From the IMG/VR virus record IMGVR_UViG_3300021387_000688: DNA of 64,000 nucleotides. One strand, given 5' to 3'. Position 1 is the stretch's first letter. Each line of letters starts with the position of its first letter. The notes below the pieces were generated by a model. It ran no database searches. It was given only the letters and a program-made list of their open reading frames with translations, and had not been told where the DNA came from. The stretch is from a virus. Lineage: Duplodnaviria > Caudoviricetes. Below are positions 47,543 through 56,205 of this stretch, one piece after another. The translations under genes were made by a program, and so were the position numbers.

Positions 47543-48049
47543 TTATTTACCAGAGCTACCGAATCCGGCTTCTCCTCTTAAAGTTTCATTGAGTTTATCT
47601 ACTTCTTTCCATATTACTTTGAAATCAAATCCAAAAGAAGCATCTGATATTGGAGCAATAGGCCTAATGGCCAACTGGCAAATCTTATCTCCTTTAGAAA
47701 TCTTATAAGGCTTAACTCTTGTATTAAGAATCAATGCACATACTTCCCCTCTGTAATTTTCATCGACAGTTCCGGGGGAATTCAAAATAGTAATACCATC
47801 ATTAATAGCTTTACCTGATCTAGGTCTAACTTGCATTTCCCAACCCGGTACCAACTCTACTTTAAAACCAAGAGGTACTTTAGCTGTTCCTAATCCAACT
47901 TCTGGATCAAACCCAGGTACAGTTATATCTTCATCTGCAAAGGCATCTAAACATGCATCTCCTTCTCTTGAATATTCCGGAAGCTTTGCATCCTCAGTTG
48001 TTTTTACAACGTTCACCCATAATCTCTGTTTTGGTAATTCTGCAGCCAT
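47543..48049 (-). CDS. dut: Trimeric dUTPase
   Basis: Motifs CLDAFA, RPRSG, GTVDENYRGE, KICQL, RGEAGFGSSG. Confidence 0.95.
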   Translation of the reverse strand: MAAELPKQRLWVNVVKTTEDAKLPEYSREGDACLDAFADEDITVPGFDPEVGLGTAKVPLGFKVELVPGWEMQVRPRSGKAINDGITILNSPGTVDENYRGEVCALILNTRVKPYKISKGDKICQLAIRPIAPISDASFGFDFKVIWKEVDKLNETLRGEAGFGSSGK

Positions 48050-48058
48050 TTTAACTCC

Positions 48059-48817
48059 TTATACTTTTGGATAAATTTTTTCATCTATAAACTCTTCCCA
48101 ATCCAACATAGATTGAGGATAATGTTTATCTAACCAATGTACTACTTTTTTAGAATCGTGTTTTGAAAAATACGCGCCAATCAAATGCCAGCAATCCTTA
48201 TTCAAAGTATAACCTTTTTGATAGTAATGAATCAATTTTGCTACTAAAGATTTTCTATTAACATCTTGATAGTTTACGCACATTTTATCTGTAATAAAAA
48301 TCTCTTTTGTTTTCAAAGTCTTTTTACAATCTTTTGCATAAAGTTTGTTTTTGTTAACCCAATACGTTGCACCGTCCAATGAAATAAAAGATGACTTTGG
48401 AATGTATTTGAAATGACGATACGGAGTTCTAAATCCGTAACTTGGCATTAATCCGTAACAGTTTTCAAAAGCATCTAAAGGTGAATGATCCTCTAAAGAC
48501 CAAATATCAATTTCTTTATTTGGGAAAGTATCAAAGGGAGAAGGGGGAATTTTGAATCCGCCAAATTCATTTTTTGAATAAGGAATCTTATAAAGTCTTA
48601 AAAGCCTTTCCAGGTCTACTTTTGGAAGGTCTACAATAATATCAAAATCTCTGGGGCCACAATCTTCAAAGTTTTTATCTAAAACCCATCTTACAAATCC
48701 GCCTACAAAAGCATAGTTGTAGTCATTCATATCAAATGTATCTAACAATGCTTCTAAATACGTTTGGTGGTGACGATAATACCGAATGCAATTTTTTAGT
48801 TTTCTTTTTTCGAACAT
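48059..48817 (-). CDS. Pol-beta superfamily nucleotidyltransferase with CCA-enzyme/poly(A) polymerase-like head
   Basis: VGGFVR, RDFDI, IDIW; lacks RRDF motif; start revised to leaderless ATG 48817. Confidence 0.75.
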   Translation of the reverse strand: MFEKRKLKNCIRYYRHHQTYLEALLDTFDMNDYNYAFVGGFVRWVLDKNFEDCGPRDFDIIVDLPKVDLERLLRLYKIPYSKNEFGGFKIPPSPFDTFPNKEIDIWSLEDHSPLDAFENCYGLMPSYGFRTPYRHFKYIPKSSFISLDGATYWVNKNKLYAKDCKKTLKTKEIFITDKMCVNYQDVNRKSLVAKLIHYYQKGYTLNKDCWHLIGAYFSKHDSKKVVHWLDKHYPQSMLDWEEFIDEKIYPKV

Positions 48818-48866
48818 ATTCGTATTATAGATCAATTTTCCCTATTTTTCACAACTAATTAATACT

Positions 48867-49046
48867 ATGTTACAAATTGTGGAGTACAAAAACAATTACT
48901 ATATTTATGATGGATATGACTTTTACGGGGCTTTCCATTCTATCGCAGATACCGAATCAAATATCAGGAGTTATAAAGCCCATCCTAATCTTCACTTAAC
49001 CAATCCTCTAAAAAGTTATACCTTTATTAAAAACTTTTCTTATTAG
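48867..49046 (+). CDS. Small protein (59 aa, not in ORF track), paralogue of next gene
   Basis: MLQIVEYKNNYYIYDGYDFYGAFHSI...; ACTAATT 6 nt upstream. Confidence 0.75.
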   Translation: MLQIVEYKNNYYIYDGYDFYGAFHSIADTESNIRSYKAHPNLHLTNPLKSYTFIKNFSY

Positions 49047-49060
49047 GAGTAAATCTTAAA

Positions 49061-49243
49061 ATGCTTAGAATAGTATACTGGTGGAAAAAATATTACGTAT
49101 ATGATGGTTGCAATTTTTATGGGCCCTTTCATTCTATAGAAGAATCTAAATATAGAGCCCTTGAAAGGAAAAAATATATAGTAGCTAAACCTCTAAAACG
49201 TTTTAAGATTCTAGAGGTTTTGCCGTACGATTTTTCAGATTAG
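49061..49243 (+). CDS. Small protein (60 aa), paralogue of previous gene
   Basis: MLRIVYWWKKYYVYDGCNFYGPFHSI; SD AGGAG. Confidence 0.75.
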   Translation: MLRIVYWWKKYYVYDGCNFYGPFHSIEESKYRALERKKYIVAKPLKRFKILEVLPYDFSD

Positions 49244-49668
49244 AGACCTTTACTTTCTTTCTTTAATTTTTCTAAGATCTTCTCTGCCAGTTTTATTTCT
49301 TCGCTTAAATCTACAACATTTTTATTTGGTTCTTTTGTTTCTTTCATATCTTTTACAAGATCTTCCCAAGTGTTAGGTCCTTTGAAGCCCATCAACTTTT
49401 TGTAAGATTCAATTGCATTATTTCCTTTACAAAATTCAGGAAGTAATACTCTTGCTAAAATATCGAGGCGGTCCGTAACCTCTTTAGTTCGTTCCCTATC
49501 CCCATCTATCTTCATAATCAAAGCCCAAATGAAGAAGGTTATTGCCCAGAGGATTGCATGATCAGGATTTCCTCCACCAAACGAATCCGTCCAAAGTCCA
49601 AAAATTGAAAAACCCATTCCTACAATAGATGGGATGCTGTCTATAAACCTATCTGCAGTTGTTCTCAT
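49240..49668 (-). CDS. Hypothetical membrane protein (2 TM)
   Basis: Two N-terminal hydrophobic segments; SD GAGG. Confidence 0.65.
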   Translation of the reverse strand: MRTTADRFIDSIPSIVGMGFSIFGLWTDSFGGGNPDHAILWAITFFIWALIMKIDGDRERTKEVTDRLDILARVLLPEFCKGNNAIESYKKLMGFKGPNTWEDLVKDMKETKEPNKNVVDLSEEIKLAEKILEKLKKESKGL

Positions 49669-49878
49669 TTACTGTACCTCTTTAACTGTGATTTCCATTT
49701 TAACAATTTCTCCAGGGTTTCCAGATGTAAATTCATGAGCAGCTGAATATACTGTGCAACAATCATCATTCACTTCATTTTCAGGAATCCATCGATCAAG
49801 GAAGAAATTCCAATATTCTACTTCGTGCTTGAAGTTTATATTTTTAACACCGTAACGCTTTACTTTCCATTTATTCAT
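49669..49878 (-). CDS. Hypothetical protein
   Basis: Start revised to ATG 49878, SD AGGAG. Confidence 0.6.
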   Translation of the reverse strand: MNKWKVKRYGVKNINFKHEVEYWNFFLDRWIPENEVNDDCCTVYSAAHEFTSGNPGEIVKMEITVKEVQ

Positions 49879-49888
49879 TAGCTTTCTC

Positions 49889-50395
49889 CTAACCAATCAA
49901 ACTTGCTCTTGTGCTTACTGAAATGTTTGGATTGTTCTTAACATTTGTAGTATTACTATTGTTCATTTCCAAATTCATTATAGAAGCACTTCCAAGTTCT
50001 ACTGTATTTTCTTTTGAGCCATTTGAAATTAAAACATAAGTGCCAGTTACTGCAACTACTGTCCAAGGATTCTTTTCAATAATGTCTTGGTTCTCTTCAG
50101 CCCAAGCTTCTGCAGTTTTGTTTAAAGTGTAAGTATCTATTTCTTGTGTTTTATCATTCTCTCCAAAATAAAGATGCTCAAAAGGATTTGTTTCCTTAAA
50201 CATTTTATCAGGAGTCAATCCGTAATTCTGAAGCCAATCTATAAGTTCATCCCCTTTAAGTTTTGCGGTGATGTAGTGAGTATATTCTTTTGAGTAACGA
50301 GAGGTTCCATTAATTCCGTAATCATATCCGTCATGGGTTTTCTTGAATTCCCATTTGAATGTATATTCTTGATCTAGTGCAATAAACCTTACCAT
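49889..50395 (-). CDS. Hypothetical protein
   Basis: 168 aa, coupled to upstream stop. Confidence 0.65.
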   Translation of the reverse strand: MVRFIALDQEYTFKWEFKKTHDGYDYGINGTSRYSKEYTHYITAKLKGDELIDWLQNYGLTPDKMFKETNPFEHLYFGENDKTQEIDTYTLNKTAEAWAEENQDIIEKNPWTVVAVTGTYVLISNGSKENTVELGSASIMNLEMNNSNTTNVKNNPNISVSTRASLIG

Positions 50396-50670
50396 TAAAA
50401 CAACCCTGCATTAACTAAAGTTTCTGCCATTCTTTTTGAAGATTCAGGGGCTACTCCAACCGCTTGCAATCCTATTTCTGCATATCTTTTTCTATCTGCT
50501 GTTGTAGTTTTAGTAGCATGCTGTAGTTTTTCGCCGAAGTAGAAATCCTTATCCCCAAAGATCTCTTCAAACTTCTTACGAGCCTCCTCTTCACTCGAAG
50601 CTTTTACCATTCTTAATGTGAGAGAATCGTGTGCGTTTGCATACCATTTTTTAAGCTTGTTTTTGCTCAT
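50395..50670 (-). CDS. Hypothetical protein
   Basis: Start revised to ATG 50670, SD GGAG. Confidence 0.6.
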   Translation of the reverse strand: MSKNKLKKWYANAHDSLTLRMVKASSEEEARKKFEEIFGDKDFYFGEKLQHATKTTTADRKRYAEIGLQAVGVAPESSKRMAETLVNAGLF

Positions 50671-51022
50671 CTTGTACTCCGTCTGCTTCTTTATCCAAAG
50701 CATCAAAGATATCTGCTAAGGCTGCAATTAAGCTGGCGGCGTTTCTTAAACCTGCTGCTTTTTTACCGTAAGTTCTATCTTCGAGTCTTGCTTTATTTAC
50801 TTTATTATAGAAATTCCAATTCTTGTAGTGTCTAATTTTTTCATCATTTACATCATTTAATTCAAAAATGAGTCGAAGGTTTTTATAGAAATCGTGGGCA
50901 TCCATTGTCATAAGATTTGCAACAATATCAACCCCCTTCATGTCTAATAGACGGTCTGAGAAAATGGCATCGGCAATTTGATTTTGAATATTAGCAGCTC
51001 TTATTCTTTTCTTTGGGTCCAT
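50651..51022 (-). CDS. Hypothetical protein
   Basis: 123 aa, SD AGGAG. Confidence 0.65.
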   Translation of the reverse strand: MDPKKRIRAANIQNQIADAIFSDRLLDMKGVDIVANLMTMDAHDFYKNLRLIFELNDVNDEKIRHYKNWNFYNKVNKARLEDRTYGKKAAGLRNAASLIAALADIFDALDKEADGVQDEQKQA

Positions 51023-51031
51023 TTTTGACTC

Positions 51032-51307
51032 CTACATAATTGAAAGATAATCTTGTTCATTATCTCCTCTTGTATACCCTTCTACCCCTCTTGAGAAAAG
51101 GAAGAACAAAATAGTTCGAAGGTTGTACGCAAAAGTAAAATAAAAGTAATCGTCTTCAGTTGTATACTTGATACAGAGATTCCAACCATTACGAATCGGA
51201 TTGAGGAAAGTATCTACACTCATAACATGGCGGATACCTTTATCAAAATGCAATTCTGTTCCAACTGCTTTCTTAATCTTCTTTTTTACTTTGTTGTAAA
51301 ATATCAT
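51032..51307 (-). CDS. Hypothetical protein
   Basis: 91 aa, ATGA overlap. Confidence 0.6.
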   Translation of the reverse strand: MIFYNKVKKKIKKAVGTELHFDKGIRHVMSVDTFLNPIRNGWNLCIKYTTEDDYFYFTFAYNLRTILFFLFSRGVEGYTRGDNEQDYLSIM

Positions 51308-51747
51308 TTCCCCTCCCCACTTGAATATGTATATTCACCGTTTTTGATCCCTTTAACAATTTCTTCATATACGGCTCTTGCTTGCCAGTCAGTATATTCA
51401 TCTCCGATTAAACAATGATTAAGAGGGAATTCTAAAAGAGAAAACAAATCTGTAATTTCGCTTTTAAGTTCTTCCTTATGTTTTTCTACTTCTGCATTTT
51501 GTACATCATTGGCTTCTTTTGCAGTGAGGAAAGCCCTATCGAGACGGACACCAGAAGTACCTCCAATTCCTCTAACTTCCTTTCCTTCGCTATCTATGGT
51601 TGATTCCCAATCAACCTTGCTAATAACTTTAATGTTACCAATGCTCGCATCTCGTATAGAAGAATCCCTTACCCTTCCTCTTATAACATAGGAGTCTAAA
51701 TCGCGGTAAAAATAAATTGTCATTCCATTTTTAACATTCTCAATCAT
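51304..51747 (-). CDS. Hypothetical protein
   Basis: 147 aa, TAATG overlap. Confidence 0.65.
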   Translation of the reverse strand: MIENVKNGMTIYFYRDLDSYVIRGRVRDSSIRDASIGNIKVISKVDWESTIDSEGKEVRGIGGTSGVRLDRAFLTAKEANDVQNAEVEKHKEELKSEITDLFSLLEFPLNHCLIGDEYTDWQARAVYEEIVKGIKNGEYTYSSGEGK

Positions 51748-52118
51748 TAGTATGTAAACTCCATTAATTCTGATCTTTTAACTGTTCCGTTTTCTTTGAT
51801 GTAATCTAAAACATCCTTTAATACGAATCCCGAAGCCCCATCACTCCATTCCATATCTACAACCTTTCCAATTTCCTCTTCTCTGACTTGGAAAGCTCCA
51901 CAATCACCTGCGTGAAGGTCCTCGATATGGTTGTTTATGTATTCACAAATACCTTCTTCATCCTTTCCTAAAACGACTGGAGAAGTTTTTGGTCTAAATA
52001 AATCTTTATAAATCCACTCTTGCTTTTCTTCGTCATAGCTGTATGGCTCGCACATTCGGCTACAACATGTACAATCAAAAGGAGCTCCCGCACATCCTTC
52101 TTCGCAATTATCGCTCAT
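51747..52118 (-). CDS. Hypothetical protein with Cys-rich N-terminus
   Basis: CEEGC..DCTCCSRMC. Confidence 0.65.
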   Translation of the reverse strand: MSDNCEEGCAGAPFDCTCCSRMCEPYSYDEEKQEWIYKDLFRPKTSPVVLGKDEEGICEYINNHIEDLHAGDCGAFQVREEEIGKVVDMEWSDGASGFVLKDVLDYIKENGTVKRSELMEFTY

Positions 52119-52121
52119 TTT

Positions 52122-52328
52122 CTATACCTTAAAAATTATAGCTACTAAAGCAATAACAAAATATGTTCCTGCTTCCCAAGCGTAAGCCATTGCAGTCTTT
52201 CTACAAACATTTCTCTTTTCAAAAGTATTTGTAGCTTCACTTGAAGGTTTACGCTTCGACTGAATTGTATTATAAATCGCGGTACTAAGTTTTCCTAAAC
52301 CTAATACCAAAGCAATGTTACTTATCAT
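52122..52328 (-). CDS. Small membrane protein
   Basis: Two hydrophobic segments; start revised to ATG 52328. Confidence 0.55.
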   Translation of the reverse strand: MISNIALVLGLGKLSTAIYNTIQSKRKPSSEATNTFEKRNVCRKTAMAYAWEAGTYFVIALVAIIFKV

Positions 52329-52860
52329 CTTCAAACTCCTTGATGCATTTCTTAACAGTTTCAATTAAATCTTCAGGGACAGGATCTGTAAAGGGCACCT
52401 GATTTACAAAATCCCAATCGTCGTAATAGTATTTGTCTTCTACTTTATCGTAAGCGATTCTGATATCCTTTTTATCAATGATAAAAAAGTAACCATCTGA
52501 ATTTGGTCTACAAGTTCCATAAGATGTATAACAGATGGGCTCGCCTGTCATCAGTCCATAAATTTCTCTGAAATAATAATGACTATGACCGGCTGCCAAC
52601 TTAAAATATTCCCCGGCCGTTAATTCATGGTCGTCTTTGAAATACCAATGCTCATAATCTTTTGTTGTAATGTTAGGTTCAATCTGAACATAGAATTCAT
52701 CATAAGTTGGGTGCCAACGAACTTCAACTTCATAATCTTTCAACCATTGTTTATACTCTTCAGGTTCGAGTTCTCTTTTAGCATCTTCTTGTTCTTTATT
52801 TATAATAAAAGCTTCAACTTCTTTTGGATCAAGATCAAAAATTTTTCTAAACATATACAC
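52318..52860 (-). CDS. Hypothetical protein
   Basis: 180 aa ORF in operon. Confidence 0.65.
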   Translation of the reverse strand: MYMFRKIFDLDPKEVEAFIINKEQEDAKRELEPEEYKQWLKDYEVEVRWHPTYDEFYVQIEPNITTKDYEHWYFKDDHELTAGEYFKLAAGHSHYYFREIYGLMTGEPICYTSYGTCRPNSDGYFFIIDKKDIRIAYDKVEDKYYYDDWDFVNQVPFTDPVPEDLIETVKKCIKEFEDDK

Positions 52861-52863
52861 CTC

Positions 52864-53250
52864 TTATAAATTACTAATTGTACGTCTTAATAAATCAAGA
52901 TTCTGTTCATTATCTGAAAGGAATCTTAAGATTCCTTTTTGATTTTCGCATTTGATTTTATGCATAGTTTCAATACTTACTGCAATTTGAACAATAACTT
53001 CATCAATCAGTATTAGAAGAATCTTTTTAACTTCTTCGTTGAAATTCCATTCGGCTCCATTCCCAATTGAAATATTCTCCCAAGCCTGATTTGCTTTACG
53101 AATTGCTTTTTCAATATCTTCTGGATTGAAAGAATACTTAGAGGATTTCTTTGCAGCTTCTTTCAATCCCATTGCAGAGATTTCTGTATTTACAAAACCT
53201 AAGGCCGCCAGATATAACAAAACTTTTCTGTCGGCAGTAACTTCCTTCAT
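52864..53250 (-). CDS. Hypothetical protein
   Basis: Start revised to ATG 53250 (TAATG overlap). Confidence 0.6.
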   Translation of the reverse strand: MKEVTADRKVLLYLAALGFVNTEISAMGLKEAAKKSSKYSFNPEDIEKAIRKANQAWENISIGNGAEWNFNEEVKKILLILIDEVIVQIAVSIETMHKIKCENQKGILRFLSDNEQNLDLLRRTISNL

Positions 53251-53624
53251 TATGCACCTACTTCGATAACGGTATCGTACTTCTTGCAAGGGATTCGAAT
53301 ATCTTCAAAGATTGTTCCGATAACAAATTCGCCAGATCGAGGATCACGTTTAACAGAAGTAACATCTTGAACGATTCGAGGGCTTCCTCCTTCATCTTCG
53401 TTTTCTCCATCCGGCCAATACTTTACTGACATCATCATGTTTTTAGCATCAAAGTCTTTCTGCTTACGCTTTGCAATCTGCTCTTTGTAACCTTTCAATT
53501 CCTTGAGCCAATTGTACAGCTGTATATGTTCATTATAGCAAGAAACATTTCCGTTACATTGAGTAGGCAAGATGTCCTTTTCCAAATGTTCAATTGCTTT
53601 TTCCAATTCTGCTAAATCTTCCAT
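53250..53624 (-). CDS. Hypothetical protein
   Basis: AIEHL..C...EHIQLYNWLKELK pattern common in phage small proteins. Confidence 0.65.
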   Translation of the reverse strand: MEDLAELEKAIEHLEKDILPTQCNGNVSCYNEHIQLYNWLKELKGYKEQIAKRKQKDFDAKNMMMSVKYWPDGENEDEGGSPRIVQDVTSVKRDPRSGEFVIGTIFEDIRIPCKKYDTVIEVGA

Positions 53625-53626
53625 AA

Positions 53627-53770
53627 TTAATCTTCCTTAATTACTTTCTCTGCTTTACGCTGAGAAGAAGTAAAAAACAAAACTCTTTTAAGTTTAAGTT
53701 TTTTATTTTTCAAAGCGCCGTACCAACAATATGAATTTTTAAGCTTTCTCTTTTTCTTTTCTGAAGCCAT
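53627..53770 (-). CDS. Small basic protein (47 aa, not in ORF track)
   Basis: MASEKKKRKLKNSYCWYGALK...; SD AAGGAG; fills operon gap exactly. Confidence 0.6.
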   Translation of the reverse strand: MASEKKKRKLKNSYCWYGALKNKKLKLKRVLFFTSSQRKAEKVIKED

Positions 53771-53774
53771 TTTG

Positions 53775-53972
53775 TTACTCCTTTACTGGAACGTAAGCAA
53801 TAGGGATATAAGTAACTCCTCTTTTTGTGTCCAAATTCTTTTCAGCCCACTTTTTAGCTTCTGTCAATTCCATTGGGCTGCTTTCGATATATGCTTTTGT
53901 TTCTATGCAATTGTAAGATACAATCCCTTTAGGGCTTTCTGTTAAACTATATCCTTTTGCAACGTATTTCAT
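53775..53972 (-). CDS. Hypothetical protein
   Basis: 65 aa, SD GAGG. Confidence 0.6.
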   Translation of the reverse strand: MKYVAKGYSLTESPKGIVSYNCIETKAYIESSPMELTEAKKWAEKNLDTKRGVTYIPIAYVPVKE

Positions 53973-53974
53973 AA

Positions 53975-54175
53975 TTACCTCAATGCATCTTTAGCCAAAT
54001 CTGAAGAAGTCAATCTTCGAAGGGATTCCAAAAGATTATATCCATTTGTCTGAACGTAATCCTCCTTCTGTGAATACTTATGACCTAAAAGATAAAGACC
54101 ATTGTCGTTTTCCTTTACGGAGAAGCCAGTCTGTTTCAAAACATCTTCAAAAAGTTTCTTTTCTGCATCTACCAT
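53975..54175 (-). CDS. Hypothetical early protein
   Basis: Start revised to ATG 54175 after GAGGTACAA; promoter 54192-54210. Confidence 0.7.
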   Translation of the reverse strand: MVDAEKKLFEDVLKQTGFSVKENDNGLYLLGHKYSQKEDYVQTNGYNLLESLRRLTSSDLAKDALR

Positions 54176-54224
54176 AACTTGTACCTCTTTAATAATATAG
54201 CAGATTCCGGAAACAAAAGTAGCC

Positions 54225-54258
54225 AAAAAGAAACCCTAAGATTCAAAAAATCTTAGGG
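54225..54258 (-). terminator. Intrinsic terminator
   Basis: CCCTAAGA...TCTTAGGG followed by T-rich run on minus strand. Confidence 0.65.
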
Positions 54259-54265
54259 CGTTTAA

Positions 54266-54817
54266 TTATCTACAAACGTTGTATACTACATCTACAAGAG
54301 GATTGAAAGATCTTAATAAGGATTGTAAAGTACCTGCTTTTTCTTCATACCAGTTTAACTCAACACCATCTGGACCCATACGGTTATCTACATAAACTTT
54401 AGCCTCTATTATTCTTCCACCAAATGCCTGAGATTCCATTGTCCCAATATAAGTCACGTCTTCATTTAAAAGAATTACATTATCTGCATGGAAGAAGTCG
54501 CAATTTTCTTCTAGGATTTTTTCAATATTTTTACCAATTCTGGCCCTATGGGAGAGGCAACAATTTTGATATTCTCGAAGGAGTTTTTCTTTTTTAAGAT
54601 CCAAGTTGACTTTTTCAGTTTTTGGATCTACACCTCCTTGATTCCATTTTGAAGAATCATAAGGGATATGATCTTGTACGATTCCTTCCGATTCTTTTTT
54701 AGGGGCTTTCTTAATTTTTGCTAAAGCTTCATAGGCTTCAATAATGTCGTCAATATTTGTATTGTAATCAATCTTATTAAGATCTGCAAAGCCAACAATG
54801 TCAAACAAACTAATCAT
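54266..54817 (-). CDS. Hypothetical protein
   Basis: 183 aa, SD AAGGAG. Confidence 0.7.
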   Translation of the reverse strand: MISLFDIVGFADLNKIDYNTNIDDIIEAYEALAKIKKAPKKESEGIVQDHIPYDSSKWNQGGVDPKTEKVNLDLKKEKLLREYQNCCLSHRARIGKNIEKILEENCDFFHADNVILLNEDVTYIGTMESQAFGGRIIEAKVYVDNRMGPDGVELNWYEEKAGTLQSLLRSFNPLVDVVYNVCR

Positions 54818-55153
54818 TTAAGACTCCTTAAAATGAAGTGTTGGAGGGTAACCACCTCGGTTTCTAAATGCAATTTTATTTTCAAAAAGATACATAATAG
54901 CTTCCGTATAAGTCATATCCTTCAACTTCATAATATCGAAATCTTCATCAACTTCAAGGTATCCGGAAATTATACCATCTTTATCTTTCAAAAGATACAA
55001 TTCAAGATTCATTTCAGGGTTACTTGTTCCTCTTTCAAGAAAATCTGAAGCCCCCATAATGTAAGACTGAATGCAGTTTTCCTGATTTCTGAATCCCTGC
55101 GTTCTTCTTTTTGCTTCTTTTTCTATTTCTTTTCGTAATCCTTCTTTAATCAT
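54818..55153 (-). CDS. Hypothetical protein
   Basis: 111 aa, ATGA overlap. Confidence 0.65.
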   Translation of the reverse strand: MIKEGLRKEIEKEAKRRTQGFRNQENCIQSYIMGASDFLERGTSNPEMNLELYLLKDKDGIISGYLEVDEDFDIMKLKDMTYTEAIMYLFENKIAFRNRGGYPPTLHFKES

Positions 55154-55434
55154 TCTCCTGCCTCCCCAGTTTCTAAAAGCTTTTTATTGAGTTCGTTTTC
55201 CATCTCGTCAATAAATTCTGGAACAGAATCTTCAAAATAAAGTAATCTATTTTCTTTCAACAACTCTATACATTTCTTTATTGCATTTTGAGTTGCTCTT
55301 GTATATCCCCAAGCAAATGTCTTAAAGGAAGTAGGATTATCACCAAGCTGTTTTCTGTAGTAATCGATTTCATCGTTTTCGCATTCCTGCCACTGATTGC
55401 AAATCTCTTCCTGAAACTTTGCACTTTGACTCAT
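55150..55434 (-). CDS. Hypothetical protein
   Basis: 94 aa, SD AGGAG. Confidence 0.65.
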   Translation of the reverse strand: MSQSAKFQEEICNQWQECENDEIDYYRKQLGDNPTSFKTFAWGYTRATQNAIKKCIELLKENRLLYFEDSVPEFIDEMENELNKKLLETGEAGE

Positions 55435-55443
55435 AAGCTACTC

Positions 55444-56010
55444 CTAAAAAGCTCTTCTAAAAATGGAATCCGGACTTGGTCTCCAATCCTTATAATCAAC
55501 CCATGTTCTTTCTACAACTGGCCAATCACTAAAGCTGTCAAGCATTTTCTTTGTAAAGTTGTAAGTGACGTTGTGTCTAAGATTATAAAACTGCGAAACC
55601 CAATCAACATTGTAAATCATATTACAAATCATTCCCCAAGCAACTTCATCCCTTGCGTCCTTAACAGAAAGACTTACTCCATCGATTCCAAAAGTGTCGC
55701 CTTTATTTTCAGTAAGATATTTATAGAAGTCTGCAGCGTTACCATAAACAATTACGTACTTAATGTTTGGGTACTTTGCTTTGTAATGAGTTGCAATTGC
55801 AGAAGGGTTTGTAAATTCAAAAGGTTCTCCTCCTGTTAAAAACAACCATTCTGCTTTACTCAATTCTTCATCTGTAACTACAGGAACATCGTTTAAGGAA
55901 TAACATTTATTGCAACAATTTGGGCAATTACGAGAACATAAATCTGTTACTAACAAATGAATGCGCTTTACAGTTTTCTCATTCTTTTCGTTTAATATCT
56001 CAGCGCCCAT
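55444..56010 (-). CDS. Small radical SAM protein
   Basis: CSRNCPNC (CxxxCxxC) and LTGGEPF; 188 aa partial barrel. Confidence 0.85.
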   Translation of the reverse strand: MGAEILNEKNEKTVKRIHLLVTDLCSRNCPNCCNKCYSLNDVPVVTDEELSKAEWLFLTGGEPFEFTNPSAIATHYKAKYPNIKYVIVYGNAADFYKYLTENKGDTFGIDGVSLSVKDARDEVAWGMICNMIYNVDWVSQFYNLRHNVTYNFTKKMLDSFSDWPVVERTWVDYKDWRPSPDSIFRRAF

Positions 56011-56191
56011 ATGTTTTTCCTTTCTTCAAATATTTATTTGAAAAATATTTTCTTGTTCCCTTAATAGTATCGATAGGAGAAGGTCCATAGAGGTCTTCTA
56101 TGACATCATCTGCTCCCCACATTGATCCTATTATTCCGAATACAAATGCAACTACTAAGAGTGCAAAAAATATAATTACGCCTTTACTCAT
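56000..56191 (-). CDS. Small membrane protein (leaderless)
   Basis: N-terminal TM; TATAAT 6 nt before ATG. Confidence 0.65.
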   Translation of the reverse strand: MSKGVIIFFALLVVAFVFGIIGSMWGADDVIEDLYGPSPIDTIKGTRKYFSNKYLKKGKTYGR

Positions 56192-56205
56192 GTTAATATT
56201 ATAGC

